From NCBI GenBank assembly GCA_008632985.1, contig QPGO01000124.1, positions 62,001-126,000 on the forward strand: DNA of 64,000 nt, written 5' to 3'. Below, one piece after another: positions 39,478 through 51,612 of this stretch. Both the position numbers and the translations under genes were made by a program. The notes under the pieces were generated by a model. The model had not been told where the DNA came from, made no database searches, and worked only from the letters and a program-made list of their open reading frames with translations. Every line of letters begins with the position of its first letter. Within the stretch, counting starts at the first letter, position 1. The DNA comes from Psammoneis japonica (lineage: Eukaryota).

Positions 39478-39700
39478 TTTACCGCGCACAGTTTTGTGTG
39501 CTTTAGTTCTGCGCGTTCACGCGCGATGTAGTTTGCTTTCGAGCCACAAGGCTCACAAGAACAATGACAGTAGCCCGATTATACCGACTTACACGTCTTT
39601 CGGCTCCTGCAACGGTCTCTGAGCGGAGACTCATCTGCCATTTAGACAGCAGTAAGGAGTTGTTGTTTGAATTCTTGCCATTTGCCTTCAATTTCTGTCA
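39425..39700 (+). repeat. Copia 3' LTR
   Basis: Aligns without gaps to 33024-33299. Confidence 0.97.
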
Positions 39701-42099
39701 CTTGCAGTGCATCAGCTGCAGTTTGCACGGGCATGTTCTGCAGATGTTGATGCGCCAATCGCATGAGATGCCCGTTTGTGGCCCATGTGTGAGCCGCAAT
39801 TTTTTTCAAATCTTCAATGACAGAGACAATCGATTGAGCAGACCCCACAGTCGAATTCTCCACACCCCCACGAAAACATGGGAATCGACACTTCATCTGT
39901 TCAAAAAGTCCCGCTGGTTGTTCTGGTGGCCTCTAAAATGTGTTTGCATTTTTGCACAATTTTTTTGCCGATTTCTCCCTCCACCATAAATGACAACGAG
40001 ATGAGCATCGTTTTGAGAATTCTGGCCAATTTGCGGCCCACATGTGGGTCGCAAAAATTTGCGATGAGAATTTTGTGGCCCAGATGCGGGCTGCAAAATC
40101 ACGCGTTAGGCGTCTGATGCAATTGGTGTTAAAGAATGTACCCAGCATCTTTTCATTGTCACAAATGTTGAAAATAGAAAGCCTTTGGCTTTGCAAAATG
40201 GGAAGCATGGGACAATTTCGTAAAATGTCACACACGCAGCCATCTGGGTGGGCAACATGCGGCACGATCCAAAAATCTGTTGATGTCACAGCTCAGCAGT
40301 GCAAGGTCCCACCTGTGCTTGCCCCTGCTGCCACAGAGCTGTTTGCAGAAACCCTGAGCAAAAAAATTGAAAGAGCAAATGAGTGCTGCCTTTCACATTG
40401 TCCAGTGACAATTGTTGTCCACTGATGCTGCGCTGGTGTGATGAGGAGACATCTGTCTGCCAGCTCAAAACAACACAGCCAGGTGGGTGTGGTGACACAC
40501 ACACAGCAGCGGGGTGATGTGGTGCCGACCCATGTGAAAATCACGCAGAGGGGTTGTTTGTTCTTGAGTTGCTCCACACCCACACCAGACAAACCCAAAG
40601 ACATCCCAAGAACCCCCGCCCCCTGGCAATGTGGAGCTGACCTCCACTCCTGACTGCAAAAGAAGGGTGTTTGGAAAGAAGAAGAGTCTGTGAACACAGC
40701 CAGTTGGTTGATGCCACAGGTGCGGGCACTTTCCATGGCTTTTGTGTTTTTGTGCAGTGTGGGAGACTCAAAGGCTGTCAGACAAAGTCACAGCAAAACT
40801 GGCCAATCAGCGACAAGCAGTGTGCAGAGGCTGCAATGATTGCACTGCCACATGTTGTGTCTGCCGCATGCACCGCAAGTGTGTTGGAACATCCAAACCA
40901 TGGAAAACATGAACAGCCGCATTGAAGAAAAGATGCTGTGGATCCTGACACAGTTTCACCATCACCAACCTGTGAACCTTCAGTTTTGTCTTGCTCTTTG
41001 GAGTGAATGATTTGGTTTGTTTGGTTTGTTGCTTGGCACAGCCAGGCACCCCTTGTTGTCTCACAAATTTGAAGTTTGTGCTGACAACTTCTTGGCAACC
41101 CATGGCCGCCGCAATTGACTGGCCAAGGCAAGTGTGTCAAGTGACACAGGAAGCCCAACAAAGCTCCCTTTTGGCACCATGCTGGCTCAACATGAGCATG
41201 TCAGCAGGATCAGCATTGAAAAATCAGGGGGGAAGCACACCAATGCAATCAAGCGCAGCTCATTGAAATTTTGCCTTGACAGCTCTCCACCTTGCAGCCA
41301 CAATTCCACACAAATTCTTCACTGCAAGCACCAGTGGATGAAAGCATCAACAGGGCTTTTCAAGGGAGGCAAAAAGAGGTGTTTGTCATGATCATTTTCT
41401 CTGCCCTTTTGAGGCCACACACTTTTCTTCTCTTTCACAACAAACCCATCAGCTGTGATGCTGCTCGCTGAAATGCCATTTGTGCTGCCCACCCATGCTG
41501 TCGTGCAGCTTCTTAAACTCTCCACCCATGATTTTTTGCTTTGCAATGCTCTGCCCACAGATCTGCTGGCATCCATTGATTGTGAGCACCAGAGCCTGTG
41601 GTGTGGTGTGGATTGCAGCACCAAAACCTGAGGAATTTCAAGAAGCTGCGAAGAAAACGCATTTTTCATTTTTCTTGCTCTTCACGTCGGCATCAATCAC
41701 TCTACACAGCACTTTTCAGCAGCAAAGTGCCCGTGCAGGATTGAGCTTCTGTAAAAAACTGCACACCAAGGTCGTGCATCGGTTGAAGCTGCTTGGATGC
41801 AGAACAGTGCATCTTCAAGATCTGCCGGAAGAAAGCTGGGAAGACACAATGCACCAAGGAAGAAGGAAATTAATGGACCGCCAGAGCAGATTGAGTCACA
41901 ACTGTCATCTTGTCATCATTTGTGAACGAGCTGTGCCATGAGAATGTAAGTGCTGATGCTCCTTAGAAGAATGGGATTGCTCGCATGAGTGTCGTTGTCA
42001 AGGTCTTGCTTTTTGTCAATTGAGCTCGAAGAGCCTTTCACGTTTTGCTCACTGTTTGCTCCGTGTCTTGTCCTTCTTCATCCTCCTCTTCATTCATTT

Positions 42100-44371
42100 T
42101 CGTCAATTTCAGAATTGCGCTTGCCTTTGCCTTGCAATTTGCAAGTGTCTTGGCCACCGATTGCCCTTTTCTGAAGAAACAGAAGGAAGATGTTGTCAAG
42201 AACACTGCTCATGTTGTCAACCAGAAAAATCACAAGCTCAACCTGCCGTTGTCCGAGCGTGCGGGAGATCAAGGAGTTCCTGACGGTGGACATGAGGCGG
42301 TGATGCAGGATCTGGTGAGTTCCCATCAGTCAGCCTCCTCCTGCCGGCATGTGTTCGTCCTCTCAGGCGCAGTCTTTGTTCCGAATGGTTGTTTCTTCTC
42401 GTGTTTTGTTTTCGTGTGGTTGGCCCTCATGAGCACATCACAAGACTTCTTCCCACGGACTTCACTCCTCCCTCTTGTGCTGGACTGTTCATCCGTCTAG
42501 CATGGCGCTTCTCCGGATCCCACTGCGACTCCGACGGTCGTGGCGGGTGCAATGGCGGTCGCATTTGCTTCGACCCCGAGTTGACGTGGGAAGACAACGC
42601 AAACCTCAATCAAGCTCTCAAGCTCCTCGAACCCATTGAGGAGGAGTGCGGATCAACTCTTTCATGGAGCGACCTCATCATTCTATCCGGCAATGCTGCC
42701 TTTCAGTCCACTGGGGCAACTCTGCTTGGCTTCTGTGGGGGGCGCATCAATGACGACAATGGCGATGCCAGTTTGACTCTTGGACCGTCTACGGAACAAG
42801 AGGCTGTGGGTCCCTGCCAGAACTTGTCGCCGTCCCGTCAGGGCGTTTGTCTGAGTGCAGACGACACAGCTCTAGGGCCTGCCACTGTGGGGCTGATTTA
42901 CGTCAACCCAGAAGGTCCAATGGGAGCCAAGGGAGACATTGCTGCCAGTGCTGCAGACATTCGCCAAGCCTTCGGTCGCATGGGATTTAGCGACAGTGAG
43001 ACCATGTTGCTTGTCGGTGGAGGCCACACCATTGGAAAGTGTCATGGCGCATGTGCCGAACCGCCCTGTGGAGCAGGAACTCCTGCCGAGGGTGTTGGCA
43101 ACAACACCTTTGCATCTGGTTTCGAGGGTGCATGGTCTACAACCCCTGCGACATTTTCGAATCAATGCTTCAACAACCTTTTTAATTTTGAATGGAGGCA
43201 GACAACGTCGCCACCAGGCAATCTGCAGTGGGAACCTTTCAACAGTGACGGTTCGCCAGGACCCGACATCATCATGTTGACTGCCGATCTTGCGTTGACT
43301 GCCAATGATTCCCACCGCACCATTGCCAAGAACTGTGCTGGCAATCAGTCCGCCTTGGACGAGGCCTTTGCGGCTTCGTGGCATTGCCTCACGACCGCAG
43401 ACATGGGCCCGGCGACACGTTGTCTGGGAAGCATGGCACCCGATCCACAGCCATTTCAGAGGACATTGCCACCCATGCCGGAAACCCTTCCAGACTACGT
43501 TCAACCCCGCTCCATGATTCAAGACATCATTGACGATGATGACACTGTCTCTGACAAGTTCATCAACCTCGCATGTCATTGTGCCTTCACGTTCCGCTCT
43601 GCAGATTGCCAGGGTGGATGCAATGGAGCCTGCATTCGTTTTTCTCCAGAATCCGACTGGCCTGAGAACGAAGGAACTTTGGAAGCACTGGCGTCATTGG
43701 CGCCTGTCAATGAAATGCATCCGGAGGTTTCCTGCTCTGATTTGATCGCACTTGCTGCGCTTGCCTCCCTTGAAGATGAAAACGGAGATGTTGGATTGAC
43801 GTTCTGTGGCAGATGCGTAGATGCCGAAAATGCTGATGGCAGTGAAGCCTTGGCGCCATGCCTCTACAATTTCACGCCACCAGATGGATGTGTTTTTAAT
43901 CCCTGCGTCGTGATGGTTCGTGACGACTTCCAGGTGAAGGGATTCTCGGCGAAGCAGGGCGTGGCTCTCGCTGCACGCAAAAACCTCTCCAGTCAGCACT
44001 TCAAGGACCTGATGGCCGCATGTTCATCTGACTCAGATGACTTTTCAGACATTGAAAAGGCACTTTGCTTGGATGAATTTGGACCCATTGTGGAGGAATT
44101 TTCAAATGACGAGGCTGCACTCAAAGAACACTTTGTCTCTGCTTGGACCTGCATGATGACGGCTGACCGCTTCAAAAACAACGCTGAAATCTGCTGCGAT
44201 GGTGTCGACACCCCCACGAAAGAGGACACTGGGATGACTCCATCGCCCACGAGTGCGCCCTCAGGCGCCGCTGCTGCATCCATTGCCATGACGTCCCTCA
44301 TTGGCATCATTGTTGCCGTGATGGTGCAAGGTTTTCACCTTTCTTTGTTTGAAATTGGGTCTTTCATCTAA
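42100..44371 (+). pseudogene. katG: Catalase-peroxidase (KatG-type), copy B, disrupted
   Basis: Signal-peptide exon, intron 42315-42419 with acceptor reading tgg, a 1-nt deletion at ~42453, distal His lost (RLAWR), LIYVNPEG retained, and stop TAA->CAA at 44327 giving read-through. Confidence 0.88.
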
Positions 44372-45910
44372 CGTCAATTGTGAGATCATTTAACGTCAGT
44401 TGCTTCATTTGAATTTAGCAAATTTTATGAACCTGTAAAATCATTCATGGCTTTGTGATGATGTTTTGTTTCACCCTGCGCTCTGCACTGGAGCAGCTCT
44501 CTCTAGAAGCAGCCCAGTGTCTCAAGCACATCATCCGTTTGCACTCTGTCCAGCTTTTGCCTCCACATCCAGGTGCAGCAGCTGGAGCAGAGGCTGCCAC
44601 ACAATTTGTTGACTCCATGTTCCATGATTTCAGTGCACTTGCAGGTCTGCATGTTGGAATTTCTTTGCATTTTCAATGTGTGTTTTGCACCCCATCAGCC
44701 ACCACCATGATGACTCACCACGATGACCCTCTTGCGGCAGACCGCCAATCCTCAAAATGAGCAGCGACTGTGTGCTGAAAACTTTTGGCACATGTCATGA
44801 ATTCCCAAGCAGACCCAACACTGACTGCAAAGCAGCACATTGGGTCCAACGAATCAGGTGGAGCACCCACTGGAAAGCATCACACAAACATTTTGTGTTG
44901 ACATGCAAACACTCGACTCGTGGAAATCTTCAATGTTTTTGGCGAAAATCATCCGCTGTGTTGCAGCCAATTTTGTCACAATGTCAAACATTGATGGCAA
45001 AAAGAACAACATTGTGACACTGGCGTGGGTCTTGTCAGTGTTGCAAAATGTTAAAATTTGGATAAGTTCATGCTTTCAGTGGCAAAAACTTGGTTGCCAG
45101 TCAGAGATTGCCATGTAAAAATGATGCAAATGTCATTTTTGTGCACGGCTTGGTTCACGCACAGCTGGAACATGCCAGCTGCTTGCCCTCCAAATGCAAC
45201 AAGTTGATTGACATCATGTGGGTGGGCTTGTTTTTGTGTGTGTGGTGCTCCACACTGGGCTCGAAGGCTACCACTGGACCAACAGTCTTGGTCAAACAAT
45301 CAGCTGATTTGCAAGCAACAAAGGGGCCGCAGTCATCACAAATGTGTCAGCAGGCACTGCTGTGTGAAGTTTGACGTGCTTTGTTTCTGTGGCACTGTTG
45401 TCAAAGCCACTCATTCGCTGGCCCAGGGGCCTTGAACTCAGAATTGGAGTCATGCATGTGTTGGGCATTGGGAGGTGAGTGCGTCGGTGTCTGAAGTGTT
45501 GGCAGAAAACACCTGCAGTCTGTGGTGCTGCAAGATGACGCCACACAAGTGAAATGATTCAGGACACACAGCAGTGGTGCAAGTCCAAGCAGAGTGCAGC
45601 ATTGTTCGGCACTGCACGCACGACAACAAGCTAAAACAATGGCACCACAGGTCGCACCTCTGCCAGCACAGGTGCTCTAGTAGAGAGAGGGTGGGGGAGA
45701 GTCCGGCTCTCCTCGCTAAGGAGCCAACAGGATGCAATGTTGATGATTCTCATCAACATCGACGGGGCGCAACTTCGAATCTAATAGAGAAAATGCCACA
45801 AACGATGCTCAGATCCATTATCCCAATCACAAGCTTTCTCTCACTAACGGAAAAGAACTTGTCAATAGTTGTTGCAAGACCTTCGGGTTGAAGAAAAAAC
45901 GTAGCCCTCT

Positions 45911-48476
45911 TCAACTGTTGGCCGCTAACTGAAACGCATCATTAGCTGCACCGTTGCCTTGCTGCCTATCTTCCGTCCGGCTGCTCAAGATAATGGGCAT
46001 TGGAGGACTCTCGTAAATCAATTGCATGTCGTTGGAGAGCTCATAAGCAAAAAGTTGCAAAGCGGCTTTGCTGGTGAGAATTGCGCCAATTTGTTGCCAG
46101 CTCTCTCTGTGCTTGACGATGACCTTGTATTCCACATAGTTCAAGTCAGGACATACATTCGAGAGGCGAAAGGCTCCAAACGAAAGCCACTCCCGAGGAC
46201 GATCCTTGACGTACTGCTCTACCGCAGCTGCAAACGCCTTGACCTTGTCCTTGTCCACGTCAATTGTGAATCGAACGACAAAATTCAGTGATGCCTGAGG
46301 GGAACGGTTGTGGTTGATGATTCGAGAACTAGCCAGCGAGCCATTGGAGTATGTCGCTTCCTCGTTGGTCGTGCCAAAGACCACGGTCGTCTTGTACAGA
46401 TCCAAGTCTTTCACAATCCATCCCGAGGAACCTGAGCCACTTACATCCTTCTGGACATCAGACACCGCCACGCGATCCCCTATATCGAAAGGCTTTCGGA
46501 CTAGTACGAAAAGAAGACCTTCAAAGTACTTGGACGACGCTCCGCCTATCATGAACGCAAAGCCCACGATGAAGCCTACGACGCTCCCAAACAAGGCCGC
46601 CTGGTCAACACCAAGCATGCCCAGAACAATCCAACCCAAGATAAAGTAGAACGCAACATCCACCAATCTCTGAGAAGCGGCATTCATCCTGTTCGCATTG
46701 AGGATCGACGCGTGGATGACGCGGAGCTCCTTGTACACGGCATCAATCGACTTGACGAATTCAAGCATGGTCAATTCACCGTCTCGTGTTGGACGAAAAA
46801 TACGAATCAGCTCCTTCAATTTCTGTTCGTCCAACGTGCCATCCTTTTTCAATGCCACCACTGCAAGAGTGTCAAACTTGATGAGTCCGTCATGACCATC
46901 ACTCGTATCCAAACGAAGAAATAATTTCTGCGATGAACCAATACATGATTCCCGTTTGTCTGCAACTCCAAAGTAGATCGAGAATGGGTAGTCATTGTCA
47001 ATACATGTCACGGCGGCGCGAAACTGCACAATGGCACTAATGGGTACAACGTCAATCTTTCGTTGATCAATGTTGGGTTCTTCCCATTCGCCAAGAAGGT
47101 CTACAATCTTGGCCCTTTGGCTGTGAGACAAGCCACTTGAGTAAACATCTTTTGGATCGGTTTGAAACACGAAATACGAAGATGAAACGTCGTCATCGTC
47201 GTCGGTCTCCTCATCGTTGCCTTTTCCGAGCTTCTCGAAATCCAACTCAAAATGCTGCGCTTTCGACACGGCATTCTCATCTTTGGCAAGAGCCGCGACC
47301 TTGCCAATAAGCACAGCCTTATTCATGACGCTTGCGAGATCTTTTCCGTACTGCCGATACACCCCAGTCCCGTAGTGAAGGCTGCAAAAGAAGCGCTTCA
47401 AGCAGACGGACCCACCAATCACCACGGCACTCGCTAGAATTCTCTCCCATGATTCAGCGTTCGTCACGTCACCGGAGCTGTTGTTTTCATTGAAAACCTC
47501 CATTGCTTTTTGGTAAAACAGCCAATGATTCGCAAATCGGGAATTGCCATAAAGCATGGCAAAATTATAGGCAGCCCATGCCATTCTGAACATGAAAAAG
47601 CAATAAGGAGATAGAATACAAAGTCAGAAGAATCCGAAACACACTAGTTCTTGTCTGTGTTGTGCCTCACTTACAGTTGAAACGGCCAGCCTTTGGACTG
47701 AACAAGAATCAGCGTGTTGAAGGATCCCGCCACATTCATGAAAAAGGGCGTCGAAATACAGAGAAAGTCGATAAGAACAACTTCGGTGGCCTTGGCCAAG
47801 GTCAAGGTGAGAACATTTCGAACCACCACAAAATTGATCCACCACGACACGGTTGCGCCACTCGAGCCCATGGGGTTGCCCCACGCATAGTAAAAGAGCA
47901 CAGTAAAGGCAAGCCCGGAAGAATCAAGTAGAGCAGAGTCGACTTGAGGTATAGCAACAAGGAGTCCTGACGAAACGCGAGAAATCTTCTGATTTGCAAA
48001 CTGAAGCGGGTAACTTTGGAGGACATTTTCTTCAACCTTACGGCATTGTCCACGAAAAGATCTGCCTGTGTTTTGAAATGATGTTTCTTTTTCTCTTCTT
48101 GTTTCTCATCTTGGCCTACTTGTGGCTCAGTCGGTTCTTCTTCTTCTTCAACAGCAAACATGGCATTGCCATGATTGTTGTTTTGTCCTCCACCCGCATG
48201 ACTCATCATGGCATCGGTCAAGAAGCGAAGAGAATCCTCCACGGTTGAATTTTTCGTTTCTGCTTGATACAAGTTTCTTAGCGACGGCCGTTGAGGCATA
48301 CCCGTAAGGATACCGGTCGATATCTTGCCCTTTTCTTCGTCATAATTTTGCTCCAAAGATTCAAAGACACGCGTTTCGGAAGCATCTTCCCGAGGACCGA
48401 AGTCCAATACATCTTGAACGGTAATGCTAGCAGTGGTGCTCTCGGGAGGATCGTCTCGTTTTTGCGTGGTTCCCAT
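45911..48476 (-). CDS. MscS-family mechanosensitive channel with EF-hand-like motif, near-intact copy B
   Basis: FAFMIGGASSKYFEGLLFVLVRKPFDIGDRV...WIVKDLDLYKTT...TYSNGSLASSRIINHNRSP and PTRDGELTMLEF. GT-AG intron 47586-47674. One 1-nt frameshift at ~47912 (error or real). Confidence 0.85.
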
Positions 48477-49059
48477 GTCTTTCGTTTTCTAATGGATAGT
48501 AGTATATAACACTGGAAGAATGATGATCAAAGGCCTCTAATCTCTCTAACGATACAAGCAAACATTGATGTCGTCGGCATTGGTTGTTTCGCTCATCGGT
48601 TCCGAGGTTCGTTCGAGGTTCGCGTTAGATGCGTTGAGCGGGGCCGCGGCCGCACGCGCGGAATGTTGTGACGGTGCCGTCTGACGTCACGCTCTGTCCT
48701 TCCATCGCTCGCACAACGAACAGCAGTTCACACCCCACGCACAAAGAAAGCACTTTTTTTTTCAGTTTCAGCACCTTCCAAAAAAGAGAAAAACCTGCTG
48801 TGCGCCCAAAAATGTGATGTGCAGTTGGTTCATGCCAACATTTGACACAAAAGTGCAGTGCCACGCTGGTGTGCCTTGCTCACAAGCACACTGTGCCAAG
48901 TTGTGGCGCGGCATGGTGCTCGCCTCTTTTGCAAGTCTGCTGTGCCAGAGCTTGCTGCACATTGCAGAGCAATCTTTGACCACAACACATCTTTTTACAC
49001 TGTTGTTGTTTGCAGTCATTGATGTCAACACAGATGAAAGAGCATTCCAGATGCAGGTG

Positions 49060-49423
49060 AAAATGGCCCGCAGAATTCTGCACGCAAGCTCCACCACAGC
49101 AAAATTGGTCAGGCAATGAAAATGCCAATGCTCGCCAACAGAAAAAGAGGCAATTTTGCGAACGCACAAACTCGTCCACCATTGAAGCACATGCCATTTT
49201 TTGCTTGGCTGGGTGCACTCTTCAGACATTGAAGAATGCACCTGGCGCACTGTGTTGTTCCCAAAAATTCTCTGAATGAAGCGTCTGGGGCTTCACAAAA
49301 CAGCGAGTCTGCAAAAGTTCTGTGGGAAAAAACACATGGAAATGCATGTGCAAAACATGCAATGGATGACAAAAAACATTTGTGTCACACACCAGCACTG
49401 TGAGCTCCCACCCAGGGCGTGTC
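49060..49423. mobile_element. MITE family M1, degenerate partial copy
   Basis: ggcccgcagaattctgcacgcaagctcc...gccaacagaaaaagaggcaattttgcgaacgca, ending cccacccagggcgtgtc. Confidence 0.6.
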
Positions 49424-51612
49424 AAAAAAGAGCTGAGCACGACTCTGTTCTAGCAGCAAAACACGGGACAGACAATGTCTTGCTGTGCTGGGTGCAAGAG
49501 CAGCACAGATCATTGCAAGACAAAGTTGTTGCTGAGTGCTTTTGAGTTGGGTGTTTGGTGCAAGAGCACACCCCATCAGGTGCTCCTCCTCCAAACTGTG
49601 AGAGAGTGAGTGAGTCATGCGAGGTGTGGCCAACTCTGTTTCAGTGAGACAGCACAGCAGGGCTGTCAATGTTGGTGACAGCATGTCTGTGTTGATGTGC
49701 ACAGGCAGCATGATGAACGGATGCAGAGCACATCTGACATGATTTGCTTGACACAGCATGTGCAAAAACAGGTGCAATGTGGCAGTGGCAGGAGGGCAAA
49801 CAGCAAGGCAGCATCTTTGCCAGTGCACTTGACAGAGATGGAGCCAAGCAGCAGCCCCTTTTGTGTTTCCTGTGGAGAACTGCAACAAGCAGCAGGCAGC
49901 AGAATCCAGCATTGATTGCTCTTTAATTGCAGGTGGGAGTCTTGGTGTGCCATGCTTTCTGGGGCATGTCAAGACAGCAACACTGCTCAACTCCACAAGG
50001 CACAGGGATCAATCTGAGCTTAAAAACCTTGCATTGTTTCCCATGTGATGCAACAGCATGGCTCAAATCTCAAAAGATTGTGCTGTCAAAGACTTGCCAG
50101 CAATCTCTCAAATGAGTGGAAATTAGATGGATGTTGTCAAGAGCCCTGTTCATGTCAATGACCTCCAAACAGCAAGTGCTTTCAAGAGTTTCTCATGGAC
50201 TTCACCATGTGTGGCCAGTTGCTCAAAGCATTGAACACATCTCAACTGCAAGAACAAGTGCACTGTGTGCACCCCTGCAGCAACAGTGCAGCAACTCTTG
50301 TGCAAAAAGTGCTGACAAGGAATGGTGCAAAATGGCTGTGAAGATCTTTTGTCAGTGCTCATTGGTGCACAAGAGAGGAGCTGGGTGCCTTGAAAGATTT
50401 GTGCTGCAAGGCCCACACTCACAAAAAGATGCCAGCCCAAGGTTTGGAAGGGGTGGCCACAGGTCTCACACAAACAGGACTGTCCAAAGCAGGTTCTGCA
50501 GTGAGGCAGTTTCCATTTCCTCTGGGCAGATTGAAGTCAACCTGCTGAATGAGAATGTTGGCAAAAATCTGTGAACAGCTGTCAAGCAGAAGGCACAGAC
50601 TTTTAACTCTGGAGGTCACACTTTCTTCCGCATGAATGACCCACCAAGTTGCTCCATTGTGAATGCATGGTCTTTGTTCCATTGTCACCTGAAAAAATGG
50701 CTCAGTTGCAAGTGCAGCCAAGGTCTTGTTTGACCTGCACTGGGTTGTGCCAGACCAGCTCTCACAGTGGCTGAAGAACTCTGGGGCTCCAACAATTGCG
50801 CCAACACCGTGCAGCCTTGCTCGAGACCCAGCTGCCTTGACAATCTACAACCAAAGCTTGTGTATCCTAGACTTGCTCAACTGGCTTGGTCTTGTGACCC
50901 CCCACATTGGTGCTGTCTTGTTGAACTCTCTCACAAAATTGTTGGCAACACACTCTGTTTTCTTTCTCTAAAAAACCAAGCTTGAGCAGTTGTTCTTTAG
51001 GATCAAAATCTAAATCTGATTTGTGCCCTGCAGAAAAAAGTGCTGCAACTGCCCAGCCCTGGTGGCCCAGGTGCAAAAAGCTGGGGAGCTCTGCTGCGCC
51101 AAGCACCAGCGCCCAAAGCTCGAGCTCGATTGCCCAAGTTCTGTCTCATCAAATCTTCTTGGTGGATTTTCACATCAATTTTTTTCTGCAATCTCGATGC
51201 TCTGATCTTGTTTGTGCATGATTTGCAGTGGCCCGATCATTCAATTGTGCCCGCCCGCAAGGCAGGTGGAAGAGAATTAGCATTCTGTCGCCGCCCGGCC
51301 GCGAACTCAACGGACGGTCACACATCATTGGACATGCGTTGAGCGCGTTGGATCGGATCGGTGTATGCTGTATGGCTTCTTGGGAGCGGCATGCATGCCG
51401 GCACTGGTACACTCTCTATGATGGTGTTTGTGTCGTTTATGTGTAATGATGTCCAACACTCAAAAACACATTCAAATCGCTCACATTTTTTTGTACATCA
51501 GCACCAGTTAGTTCACGTGCCGATTCTAAAGTACAGTGCCGTAGCTGCACAGGCACGCCATTGGCAATCTTTCTTGGAGTGTGTTTGTCCCCTTCGCAAC
51601 ACCCTGGACTTT

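Larger units (their letters stand above)
33024..39700 (+). mobile_element. Ty1/Copia LTR retrotransposon (CoDi-like), 6677 bp, both ends intact, internally deleted
   Basis: 276-bp LTRs 33024-33299 and 39425-39700 (TGACAG...CTGTCA), 5-bp TSD cttgc on both sides, PPT-like ggggag before the 3' LTR, and domain order gag-PR-IN-RT-RH. Confidence 0.97.
32870..40315. mobile_element. MITE family M1 copy split by the Copia element and a further small insert
   Basis: Left part cccaggtcggactctgtgtgacattgggcccgtagaattc...gaggcaattttacgaacgcatctcc and right part gatgtcacagctcagcagtgcaaggtcccacc match the other M1 copies. Confidence 0.7.
32556..48595 (+). repeat. Segmental duplication, copy B, interrupted near its left end by MITE M1 with a nested Copia
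   Basis: See copy A; homology to 9017-9330 stops near 32850 and resumes at ~40315. Confidence 0.88.

Noticed and set aside
33024..39700. ADAR/APOBEC-style editing of retroelement RNA or cDNA
   Set aside because: Changes occur on both strands, differ between the two LTRs, and also affect intron-containing genes, MITEs and a TSD.
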